Virus record (IMG/VR): IMGVR_UViG_3300043399_000633
Coordinates: 1-64,000 of that record
DNA length: 64,000 nucleotides
Strand: one strand, 5' to 3'
DNA from: a virus
Both the position numbers and the translations under genes were made by a program. The notes below the pieces were generated by a model that saw nothing but the letters and a program-made list of their open reading frames with translations, made no database searches and had not been told where the DNA came from. Positions 51,698 to 59,404 of this stretch are shown here, piece after piece (positions within the stretch are counted from its first letter, which is position 1; each line of letters opens with the position of its first letter).

Positions 51698-52587
51698 AAA
51701 AAATATTGGCACTAATGGCTTTGATGATAGGATCTATTGCTAATGCAGGAATAACTGTTCCAGTATACTGGCCGTTTGCGGCCGGCAGCTCGCAAGCAAA
51801 CATGGTTAGATCAATGATCGATAACGCAAATACACAGCAAAATAAATATCAGTTTATATTTGTACACAAACCCGGTGCAGGAGGCTCAGTAGCAGCTAAC
51901 TCTGTTTTGGAATCAAAAGATTTAGCTATTCTAGCGTCTACCAGTAGTTTCTATATTAGACCAATGTTGTTTAAAGAAAGTCACAACATAGATGATTTTA
52001 ATATGGTTTCTTTAGTTTGTACTGCTCAACCGTTGGCTATATACTCTAAGAAGATTAGTCGCCTTTCAGATGTTCAGGGCAGAGAAATTTCGTTAGGTGT
52101 CATTCCCGGCTCTATCACTACATTAGTTACGAGAGCAATCAAACGAGAGAATCCAGACATTAGAATATTAGAGGTGCCATACAAAGGAACACCAGAAGCT
52201 ACAAGTGACATGTTGGGAGGACATATCGACGGAAGTGTTGATTTTATTGGTACTTCAGTGACTGCACGATTTAGTAATGATATTAAAGTTTTAGGCATTA
52301 CGGGTAGAAGAAACATAAACAATTATCCTACCTTTCAGTCATTAAAAGTTAATGGACTAGAAAATATTACGAATGACTATTTTTATTTTGTTAGTAAATC
52401 AATAGATAGGTCAACTAGACAGGAATTAAATAGAATTTTAAACAATGCTTACACTGAAAGAACAAAGTTTTTATGTGAAGATGATTTCGGGGAACTAGTT
52501 AAATCCCCGTTCAATCAAATAGACATCATACATCAGGCTAATAAGTCCCGTTGGGAAAAGTTAACAGATGGGTTCAATAAAGAGTAA
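51694..52587 (+). CDS. Bug/TctC-family periplasmic solute-binding protein
   Basis: Signal peptide; PFAAG, KPGAGG, VPYKG...DMLGGHID. Confidence 0.82.
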   Translation: MKKILALMALMIGSIANAGITVPVYWPFAAGSSQANMVRSMIDNANTQQNKYQFIFVHKPGAGGSVAANSVLESKDLAILASTSSFYIRPMLFKESHNIDDFNMVSLVCTAQPLAIYSKKISRLSDVQGREISLGVIPGSITTLVTRAIKRENPDIRILEVPYKGTPEATSDMLGGHIDGSVDFIGTSVTARFSNDIKVLGITGRRNINNYPTFQSLKVNGLENITNDYFYFVSKSIDRSTRQELNRILNNAYTERTKFLCEDDFGELVKSPFNQIDIIHQANKSRWEKLTDGFNKE

Positions 52588-52620
52588 TAAATACTACAAT
52601 AACCTAGAGGAGTAAAGAAA

Positions 52621-52905
52621 ATGCCAATAGAAATAACATTAGTTTTTATTAGACCTTCTGCGGCAGTGCCGTGGTTTCATGAAACATGGCCCCCTTCGCA
52701 TGCAGAGTACATTAAAACTCATTATAAAGATACTGGAAAATTTGAAGGGTCAAGTGAACAAATCGGCGAAACAACACTAATTAACACTTTTCGTTTTGCT
52801 AGTCCGGAAGCTATGGAAGAATTCATCAGTGATCCTTATTTAGTATCGATGAAAGAAGCTAGAGATATCTATAACCGTACTAATAATATAGAACTATTGG
52901 GGTAA
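52621..52905 (+). CDS. Small hypothetical protein (possible dimeric alpha/beta-barrel)
   Basis: Own ATAAATA motif and strong GAGGAG RBS; F(A)SPEA motif. Confidence 0.6.
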   Translation: MPIEITLVFIRPSAAVPWFHETWPPSHAEYIKTHYKDTGKFEGSSEQIGETTLINTFRFASPEAMEEFISDPYLVSMKEARDIYNRTNNIELLG

Positions 52906-52927
52906 TATGGACGTCATTTTGAGTTGA

Positions 52928-54556
52928 TTAAATACTACTATATAGTTCCGTATTGACAAATTCTAAATTTTTTTTAGTCCACTCATATACCGAAATTAAT
53001 CTATTTGATTCTAACATACCTATACTACTAAACTTTTGATAGTATAAGTAACTACAATCGATTAAGTTTTGTACTTTATGTTTATTTTTAAATAGATTTC
53101 TTTCAGTGTTGTATGTGACCTGGTATGAATTTCTACTGTTGTAGATGTAAAATAATATCATTCCTTCATACCATTCACGTTCATTCATTGAATATGTGCT
53201 CACTACAGCTTTGGGTATTACCCAATTTTTTTGAATTTGATTATTAAATGCTTCTCCATGTCCTACGATTTCTATTTTTTTAATTACTAATTTAAATTTG
53301 TCAATATAAGACTGATTTGCGGCAGGGGTATTAGGTAAAATTTCAAATGGCAAATGGTGAGCAAACATGTCCAACGTACCTGCTTCTGCCATATTATTCT
53401 CTAAATTTTTCAATGTTTGTCCTGGTAACCCCCAAATAAAAGTAAGTCTATTGGTATATTTTATGTGTGAAATATTCCCATACTTGTTTTTAATATTAAT
53501 AATTAACTGTTTGTGGTCTGGCCACGGTACCTCTGGTCTGTTGATATTTTCGAGTACAGTTTTATCTAAATCTTGAAGATCAAATTTATATCCTTTAGTG
53601 ACTTCGGCTTCTATCATCTTATCAAGTAAATAGAATACTTTTTGCTTATTCAATTTACTCCACTGGGGATTGAAAATCTCAGGACCTTTATTGTTATTAT
53701 TTATTTTTTTCTCGCACCAATACTCTATGATGTGTTCGTCTTGAGGCGTTAATCCAACGTTTGGATTAGTCCAATACACAAAAGATAAATTCCATTCAAA
53801 AAAAAGGTCTATTTCTTTTCTCCATAATGGTTCTAATTCATCCTTACCCCATATTCTTACTTTGTTGTGTAACCCGGAACTCCAATCACAAAAACTACAT
53901 GCATATGGGCATCCTTTTGTCGTTTCCCAAACTATTAGTAATTTGTGATCAATATTATCTACGGGAAAATAGGTTTTAAAATACTCTTTAATATCTTCCA
54001 AAAAAGAGAAAATTTCATTCTTATATTCAATATAAGGACTCTTACTAAGTGTTTTTTTATTAACGAACACCTCATGAGGGTAAACTGTTGTACTATCAGC
54101 CGCATTTATAAGTTTTACATCATGCCCGGCTAAAAAATCTAGTATTTTAGTAAATGCATCTTCACCGTCACCGTATACGGCAAAATCTATGTAATAGTTA
54201 TCTACAAAAAAACTTGAATTTTTATGAGCATCTATCTCGGGTCCTCCCACAATGATTATTAAATTCTCAAATAGTGACTTTAACTGTTTTGCTAGACTAA
54301 AGAAAAATTCACGATTCCATACATAAACACTAAATGCTAAAATGTCAATTTTTTCTTTGATAATCAGATCAGTTAGTATTTTTAAATTGTCTTCAATATG
54401 ATTCAGTAAAAACAATGGAGAAGTCCAAATATATTGATTTTTAGATAACCCCGTTGTTTGATGATTTATTTTCAAAAACCAATGTATTGGTGACACATAA
54501 TACTGAAGCGTCGCCGGACATGAGCTTGTAATTGTTTTTATTTTTTTCATGATCAA
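52928..54556 (-). CDS. B12-binding-domain radical SAM protein
   Basis: FSVYVWN, VGGPE, GDGE, KGCPYACSFCDW, WGLPG. Confidence 0.88.
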   Translation of the reverse strand: MIMKKIKTITSSCPATLQYYVSPIHWFLKINHQTTGLSKNQYIWTSPLFLLNHIEDNLKILTDLIIKEKIDILAFSVYVWNREFFFSLAKQLKSLFENLIIIVGGPEIDAHKNSSFFVDNYYIDFAVYGDGEDAFTKILDFLAGHDVKLINAADSTTVYPHEVFVNKKTLSKSPYIEYKNEIFSFLEDIKEYFKTYFPVDNIDHKLLIVWETTKGCPYACSFCDWSSGLHNKVRIWGKDELEPLWRKEIDLFFEWNLSFVYWTNPNVGLTPQDEHIIEYWCEKKINNNNKGPEIFNPQWSKLNKQKVFYLLDKMIEAEVTKGYKFDLQDLDKTVLENINRPEVPWPDHKQLIINIKNKYGNISHIKYTNRLTFIWGLPGQTLKNLENNMAEAGTLDMFAHHLPFEILPNTPAANQSYIDKFKLVIKKIEIVGHGEAFNNQIQKNWVIPKAVVSTYSMNEREWYEGMILFYIYNSRNSYQVTYNTERNLFKNKHKVQNLIDCSYLYYQKFSSIGMLESNRLISVYEWTKKNLEFVNTELYSSI

Positions 54557-55149
54557 GTAAGCAAGTGTGGGTATTTTTTAACGAAGTCATGAAAAGTCAA
54601 ATTAAAGAAAGAAAGAGTAAAGATTATTCGTGTATTTTCAATATTTTCAATGCTGTGTGCCTGCCTAACACTCAAAGCATACCATTTATTGATTTCTAAA
54701 TGATACTCTTTGTCTACTGTCAAATCTTCATATTTAAATACATTTCCTGTACCTGGCCCGGATTTAAAATCTCCATGTGTAGTGTACATTACAGTTTTAA
54801 CATCTTTCCCTCCATCTTTGATATAAAAATTCAATGCAAAAATCCTTACCCGATCTGCATGCGGAGGCCAACATGCATATTGAAATTCTTCTTCTCTTAT
54901 GTTTTTAATTACACCGACTGCTGCTTTGAAATCCTCTTCGAAGAAATTTTCAAATTCTTTCTTTGCTAAGTAATTTAACTCCATGTCATCTTCAACAAAT
55001 TTTCTAGAAACACTGTTTTTTTTGTAATCTTGTATTTTGTCATGCATTGCCTTTAACTCTAACTCTAATGGAGCAGAGTTAGCGATTCGGTACGCTGCAT
55101 TTATAATATCCTCTGAGGGCATTGGAATATTTTTTAATTCTATAATCAT
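54553..55149 (-). CDS. 2OG-Fe(II)/cupin oxygenase-like protein
   Basis: PHAD...ALNFY...HSIEN...R. Confidence 0.7.
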   Translation of the reverse strand: MIIELKNIPMPSEDIINAAYRIANSAPLELELKAMHDKIQDYKKNSVSRKFVEDDMELNYLAKKEFENFFEEDFKAAVGVIKNIREEEFQYACWPPHADRVRIFALNFYIKDGGKDVKTVMYTTHGDFKSGPGTGNVFKYEDLTVDKEYHLEINKWYALSVRQAHSIENIENTRIIFTLSFFNLTFHDFVKKYPHLLT

Positions 55150-55157
55150 GTCAATAT

Positions 55158-56360
55158 TTATGTCATCGGGATAGGCTTACTATGCATTTCTATAAATTTT
55201 AATGGTTTGCCGGTCGAATCGTAGTTAATAAATTTGGGGTTAATGCCATGGATCATCTCCATTACCTGTCCATAATGAAAATCTCTTTCTTTTTGTGATA
55301 CCAGTGGGCTTTTGAAAAACCAATTACTATGCTCTTGGAAAAAATATCCTGATGGTTTTTCAGCTTGGAAAATAAATTCTGACCATTGTTCGTATAATAT
55401 TTTTTTAAAGAATATGTCATGGACGAGAAAAGCATCTGCTCCGCTAGGAGTTTTGACCGTAATTTTGTCATAAAAATCACATTTAATTTCTCGATTACAT
55501 ATAGGTTCCATTATCCTTTTTAAAATAAAACACTGCTTTTGCCACAATTCCGGCATGTCTACTGTATAATAAAAATGCTCTGTTTTTGGCTTAAATCCAG
55601 CAAAAGCAGCACTGTTGTAATTTCCCCAAACAGTAGTGACGTCATCAAAATATACATAGAATTTTTTATTACCTGGATAAAAAGCCATCCTTGGTTTATC
55701 ACACCCTGTTAATAATGCGGTACTACCTTTATCATTATATTTTCTCAGTAGTTCTCCTATCAAGTTGTGACCTGCCAAGCTGGGGGATGCTCCTAGTCCT
55801 GAAACCGGAAGTGTATGTAATTTGTTTTGCAGAATTAAATCAATAGCATGGGTAGTGTGATCTAAACATGATATTTTAATTTTTGGAAATTTGTTGGCAA
55901 TTTCTTTAAGTTTAGGTTCGGCGGCCTCGCTGTATTCAAATATCAAATTAGATGCTTTTCTATTAGTTCTATCAAAATAAGGTTTTAATTTTTCTATGGC
56001 CTGTATGGGATAGGTCGTTACAATCTCATCAATGTGAATACCATTGTCTAAAAAACTATCTATAACATTGTTACTATCAGCTCCGCCGCTGTACGCAACG
56101 ACAATGAAATCATACTTACTTCTTAACTGCTCTGCTCTATCTTTATACAATGTTTTTAGTGATAGCGGGCTTTCATTTTTCCAATTTAAAGAAGAATAAA
56201 AAGAGTCAAAATAATGGTATTTGACTTCTATACTATTACAAGAAGATGCATATCGCAAACATTCAGCTTTATCGAAAAAGTAGTGGTTATTGGAGCTCCA
56301 ATAACCACTACTAGTTTGTAAAGCAATATTTTCTGCTTCGAAAACGTTCGTCAGCATCAT
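55158..56360 (-). CDS. PP-loop ATPase-like protein (paralogue of 50471-51697)
   Basis: RAEQLRSKYDF..YSGGADS, GCDKP, FYYTVDMP. Confidence 0.72.
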   Translation of the reverse strand: MMLTNVFEAENIALQTSSGYWSSNNHYFFDKAECLRYASSCNSIEVKYHYFDSFYSSLNWKNESPLSLKTLYKDRAEQLRSKYDFIVVAYSGGADSNNVIDSFLDNGIHIDEIVTTYPIQAIEKLKPYFDRTNRKASNLIFEYSEAAEPKLKEIANKFPKIKISCLDHTTHAIDLILQNKLHTLPVSGLGASPSLAGHNLIGELLRKYNDKGSTALLTGCDKPRMAFYPGNKKFYVYFDDVTTVWGNYNSAAFAGFKPKTEHFYYTVDMPELWQKQCFILKRIMEPICNREIKCDFYDKITVKTPSGADAFLVHDIFFKKILYEQWSEFIFQAEKPSGYFFQEHSNWFFKSPLVSQKERDFHYGQVMEMIHGINPKFINYDSTGKPLKFIEMHSKPIPMT

Positions 56361-57193
56361 AGACCGTATTTTTTCATTGTTTCGACATACAATTCCAAAG
56401 CCTCTTCTTTTTCTTTTCCTTGCAATTGAACTGGACCAGCACCCATGGCTTTTAGTTCTTCAGTCCAACCTGAATGTTTAATTGCAGTTTCTAAGCAACT
56501 AATTGCTTTTTGTTTTTGTTCCGGTGTTGCATTTTTGTGTATAAATGCTCCATTGAAACTTACGCTTTGTAATTTTACATTTCCTCTTACGTAAGGTTTG
56601 TTAAATTCAACTCTAAACAGTTCTTTGATTTCTTTAAATTGATTTAACCAATTTAAACCACTAGTGGCACTAATAAAATATACATCTAAATCTCCATTCA
56701 TGATTAAAGGTAATGCTTTAGCATCACCTCCAGTGGGAATAATTTGTATGTTAGGGTTTTGTTCTTTTAATTGAAGGGCCATGATATGATGTGAAGTTCC
56801 TAATCCCGGAATTCCTATATTAATTTTTTGTGTTAATAACGCATCCCAGTCTATAGCCTCCTTCTTTGCTAATGCAAGAACAGGCGCAGCTATCAAAATC
56901 TTATATAGTTCAATCGGTGGATTTTTTACTGGGCTTTTGTTACCAAATAAAACAGGTGAGCCCAAATATATCATGTTAGGAAAATCTCCTATAAAATTGA
57001 CAGCAGGCACTGACATTCCTCCTGGTCTATAGAATACTTGAAATTCAGAATTATATTTTTGTAATAATCTTGCATATCTATCAGATGTGCCTCCGGGAGG
57101 GAAATCTATAACGACACCGCATCCATGTGTTTGTTGTGCATGACTGCTCATAGTTGCCCATAACAATACAAAAATTGCTAAAATTTTCTTCAT
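56357..57193 (-). CDS. Bug/TctC-family periplasmic solute-binding protein
   Basis: Signal peptide; FPPGGTSDRYAR, GLGTSHH. Confidence 0.75.
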   Translation of the reverse strand: MKKILAIFVLLWATMSSHAQQTHGCGVVIDFPPGGTSDRYARLLQKYNSEFQVFYRPGGMSVPAVNFIGDFPNMIYLGSPVLFGNKSPVKNPPIELYKILIAAPVLALAKKEAIDWDALLTQKINIGIPGLGTSHHIMALQLKEQNPNIQIIPTGGDAKALPLIMNGDLDVYFISATSGLNWLNQFKEIKELFRVEFNKPYVRGNVKLQSVSFNGAFIHKNATPEQKQKAISCLETAIKHSGWTEELKAMGAGPVQLQGKEKEEALELYVETMKKYGL

Positions 57194-57330
57194 AAAAACT
57201 TCCTTTAAAACTTTATTTATTTGGTACCAACAGTTGAATTAAAAAAAACGGGTAAACAAAAAGTTGACAAATATCGAAAACAATGCTATTGTTTCAACGT
57301 AATTTTTTACCAGGACTAAATAAAGATACT

Positions 57331-57471
57331 ATGAATAACTTTACTTGTAACAATATACTAAAACATGAAGGATTATGGTTTATTGCAGCCATGACAACCT
57401 TTGCGCCGGTATATCCTACAAGTATCCGTGGCTCAGAGGATAACCAAAGAGGTAGCCCGGGGACTAGGTAA
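57331..57471 (+). CDS. Putative 46-aa leader peptide upstream of the RNA-gene region
   Basis: Short ORF directly followed by a strong terminator; no obvious RBS. Confidence 0.35.
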   Translation: MNNFTCNNILKHEGLWFIAAMTTFAPVYPTSIRGSEDNQRGSPGTR

Positions 57472-57496
57472 AGTCTAACATAGAAAAGATTTATCT

Positions 57497-57531
57497 AACC
57501 CCTGGGAAACTAAAAAGTCCCAGGGGTTTTT
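57497..57531 (+). terminator. Intrinsic terminator
   Basis: AACCCCTGGGA...TCCCAGGGGTT followed by T tract. Confidence 0.85.
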
Positions 57532-57539
57532 AGTTTGTG

Positions 57540-57737
57540 TTGACAATAAATGGAGAATAGACTAGAATATGGAAAGTTGACAGTCACACTTAAGTGTGAA
57601 TGGCAAAAAGGTAAAAAGAAAAATTTGACAATAAATGGAGAACAGAATAGAATATGGATCGTTGACAGATACAAATTCGAATCTGTTCAAAAAGATAGAA
57701 AAAAACTCTTGACAAAAAATGGAGAAAAGATTAGAAT
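57540..57737 (+). promoter_or_regulatory. Three tandem sigma70-type promoters, ~85-bp repeat unit
   Basis: TTGACA at 57540, 57625 and 57709, each with a 17-bp spacer containing AAATGGAGAA and then TAGAAT. Confidence 0.85.
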
Positions 57738-58011
57738 ACAAAACTTACAAATTTACAGATTGGTCCAAGCATCTATATCTAACGGAACAGCAACGCAAGC
57801 AATTGATCGCTGAGAAGTTAGAAAGAGCAAGGATTCAATATCTCGCTACGCAAAGGTCACCTCATAAAGTGGCTCAGTAGCAAAGTGTGAATGGGAAACG
57901 TGGTCCCGAGGCGCACTTAAAACATGTCTCAAACGGGCGGACTGTAGGATGAAGCCTCTTGTGTGAGGTGAAAAATTACAGGCTAGGGTATAACCCTAGC
58001 ATAGCGTAGAA

Positions 58012-58098
58012 ATACGCTATTCTATAGTGTACTGAACGAACAATGCCCCATGCTTTTGGCGCATGGATCGGCCCTCAGTGTACTATAGAATAGTGTAT
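58012..58098 (+). ncRNA. Long-stem structured RNA cassette
   Basis: 24-bp closing stem with G-U pairs enclosing a CCATGC/GCATGG hairpin. Confidence 0.55.
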
Positions 58099-58100
58099 AT

Positions 58101-58175
58101 AGGGGGTTCGCCAAGTGGTAAGGCATCTGATTTTGATTCAGACATTCGGTGGTTCGATCCCATCACCCTCTGCCA
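58101..58175 (+). tRNA. tRNA-Gln(TTG)
   Basis: Cloverleaf; TCTGA-TT TTG AT-TCAGA; GCCA end. Confidence 0.9.
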
Positions 58176-58317
58176 ATCTAATATATTCTAGCACTTAGAG
58201 AATGACTGCACGGGACTGTGGAGCAAAGCAGGAACCCGGCGGCAATAATTGGGTGGTAGCTTGAACCCTACTTCTTGATTCTCATTCTGGTTCACTGAGT
58301 GCTAGAATATATTAGAT
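58176..58317 (+). ncRNA. Long-stem structured RNA cassette
   Basis: ATCTAATATATTCTAGCACTTAG / CTGAGTGCTAGAATATATTAGAT closing stem around ~95 nt of cargo. Confidence 0.55.
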
Positions 58318-58321
58318 ACAA

Positions 58322-58396
58322 GCCTGGTTAGCTCAGCGGTAGAGCAGCGTCTTGATAAGGCGTTGGTCGGTGGTTCGACCCCACCACTAGGCACCA
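58322..58396 (+). tRNA. tRNA-Ile(GAT)
   Basis: Cloverleaf; GCGTC-TT GAT AA-GGCGT; ACCA end. Confidence 0.92.
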
Positions 58397-58404
58397 CAAA
58401 TTAT

Positions 58405-58481
58405 GGGCCATTAGTTCAGTTGGTAGAACGCCTGCCTTGCAAGTAGGATGTCGTGGGTTCGATTCCCACATGTGTCCACCA
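58405..58481 (+). tRNA. tRNA-Ala(TGC)
   Basis: Cloverleaf; CCTGC-CT TGC AA-GTAGG; G3-U70; one bulged nucleotide in the acceptor stem. Confidence 0.88.
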
Positions 58482-58490
58482 AAAACAAAC

Positions 58491-58530
58491 TGGGATTATT
58501 GTCAGTCAGGTCAGACGGCTCAGTTCGAAG
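58491..58530 (+). pseudogene. 5' fragment of a tRNA truncated at the anticodon loop
   Basis: TGGGATT + D-arm GTC-AGTCAGGTCA-GAC + CTCAG TTCGAA; no 3' half; HNH cassette follows. Confidence 0.4.
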
Positions 58531-58580
58531 TAACCGTTCAACATTCTTCGTTTGTGATAAATACATCAAGGAGAATAAGT

Positions 58581-59045
58581 ATGTTACTTCAATCATCTAA
58601 AATCAAGTGCAGGCACTGTGAGAAATTAATTTTTCCGCATAGTGTCACCAGGCACGATGCGGTGTGTCATCTTCACCCGGACAATATAAGACTATGTAAG
58701 ATATGTAACGAGCCAATTTTTAATTGGCGAGAATCAAAGGGAACATGTTCACATGCATGTGCTAATAAGCTGTTCAGAACAGGTGAAAATCATGGGAATT
58801 GGAAACCAGAACGGTATCAAACTACTTGTTTTGAACACCATGAAAGAAAATGTGTAGTATGTGGGGAAGATAAAGTAGTTGCGGTCCATCATCTAGACCA
58901 TAGCAAGAAAAATAATCACCCTTCAAACCTGATTCCAATGTGCCCGACGCATCACCAATATTGGCATAGTAAGTATAGAACATTAATTGAGGATAAGGTT
59001 CTATCTTACATAGAATCTTGGAAGAAAAAGAATAACTCTCTATAG
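58581..59045 (+). CDS. HNH homing endonuclease
   Basis: CVVCG...VHHLD...NNHPSNLIPMCPTHH..WH; GATAAATA and AGGAG upstream; stop lies inside tRNA-Pro. Confidence 0.85.
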   Translation: MLLQSSKIKCRHCEKLIFPHSVTRHDAVCHLHPDNIRLCKICNEPIFNWRESKGTCSHACANKLFRTGENHGNWKPERYQTTCFEHHERKCVVCGEDKVVAVHHLDHSKKNNHPSNLIPMCPTHHQYWHSKYRTLIEDKVLSYIESWKKKNNSL

Positions 59046-59111
59046 CGTAACCAGGTAGCGTTCCTGATTTGGGGTCAGGAGGTCGGGGTTCGAATCCTCG
59101 TAGGGAGACCA
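59036..59111 (+). tRNA. tRNA-Pro(TGG)
   Basis: CTCTCTA/TAGGGAG acceptor; CCTGA-TT TGG GG-TCAGG; ACCA end. Confidence 0.9.
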
Positions 59112-59117
59112 AACATT

Positions 59118-59212
59118 GGAAAGTAATGCAGGCATATTGGTGTGCCGACTAGTTTCGAAAGCTAGGTTCCCATGTGACATGGGATGGGGTTCGATTCCTC
59201 TGCTTTCCGCCA
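59118..59212 (+). tRNA. tRNA-Ser(CGA) with 8/4 acceptor/T-stem fold
   Basis: GGAAAGTA/TGCTTTCC 8 bp; 4-bp T stem; 6-bp D stem; long variable arm; G73. Confidence 0.8.
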
Positions 59213-59216
59213 GTTT

Positions 59217-59278
59217 TAGGATGCTAACAGCAAATTTTAACATCAAACTGCTAATTTGAAACGTTAAAACGCATCCTG
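59217..59278 (+). ncRNA. Rod-shaped RNA presenting an anticodon-like loop (GCT)
   Basis: TAGGATGC/GCATCCTG, TTTTAAC/GTTAAAA, TCAAA-CTGCTAA-TTTGA. Confidence 0.5.
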
Positions 59279-59290
59279 TGATATATCTGT

Positions 59291-59367
59291 TGGGGTGACA
59301 TACGACGGGAAGTATACTGGGCTTTGAACTCAGGTCTTAGTCGGTTCGAATCCGACCACCCTTGCCA
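59291..59367 (+). tRNA. tRNA-Gln(TTG), second divergent copy
   Basis: CTGGG-CT TTG AA-CTCAG; GTCGG-TTCGAAT-CCGAC; GCCA end. Confidence 0.85.
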
Positions 59368-59404
59368 AATTTTTTGTCAGCATAGTTTGTCACTAAATAG
59401 TGAT

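Noticed and set aside
634-57193. Genome-wide TAG reassignment (genetic code 15)
   Set aside because: Long genes are intact under code 11; only one credible in-frame TAG was found
57550-57813. 87-aa ORF over the promoter repeats
   Set aside because: Coincides with the triplicated promoter; probably incidental
58437-58580. N-terminal extensions of the HNH (from 58437) and TauD (from 59324) ORFs
   Set aside because: They overlap tRNA genes; better starts at 58581 and 59405 follow late-promoter-like motifs
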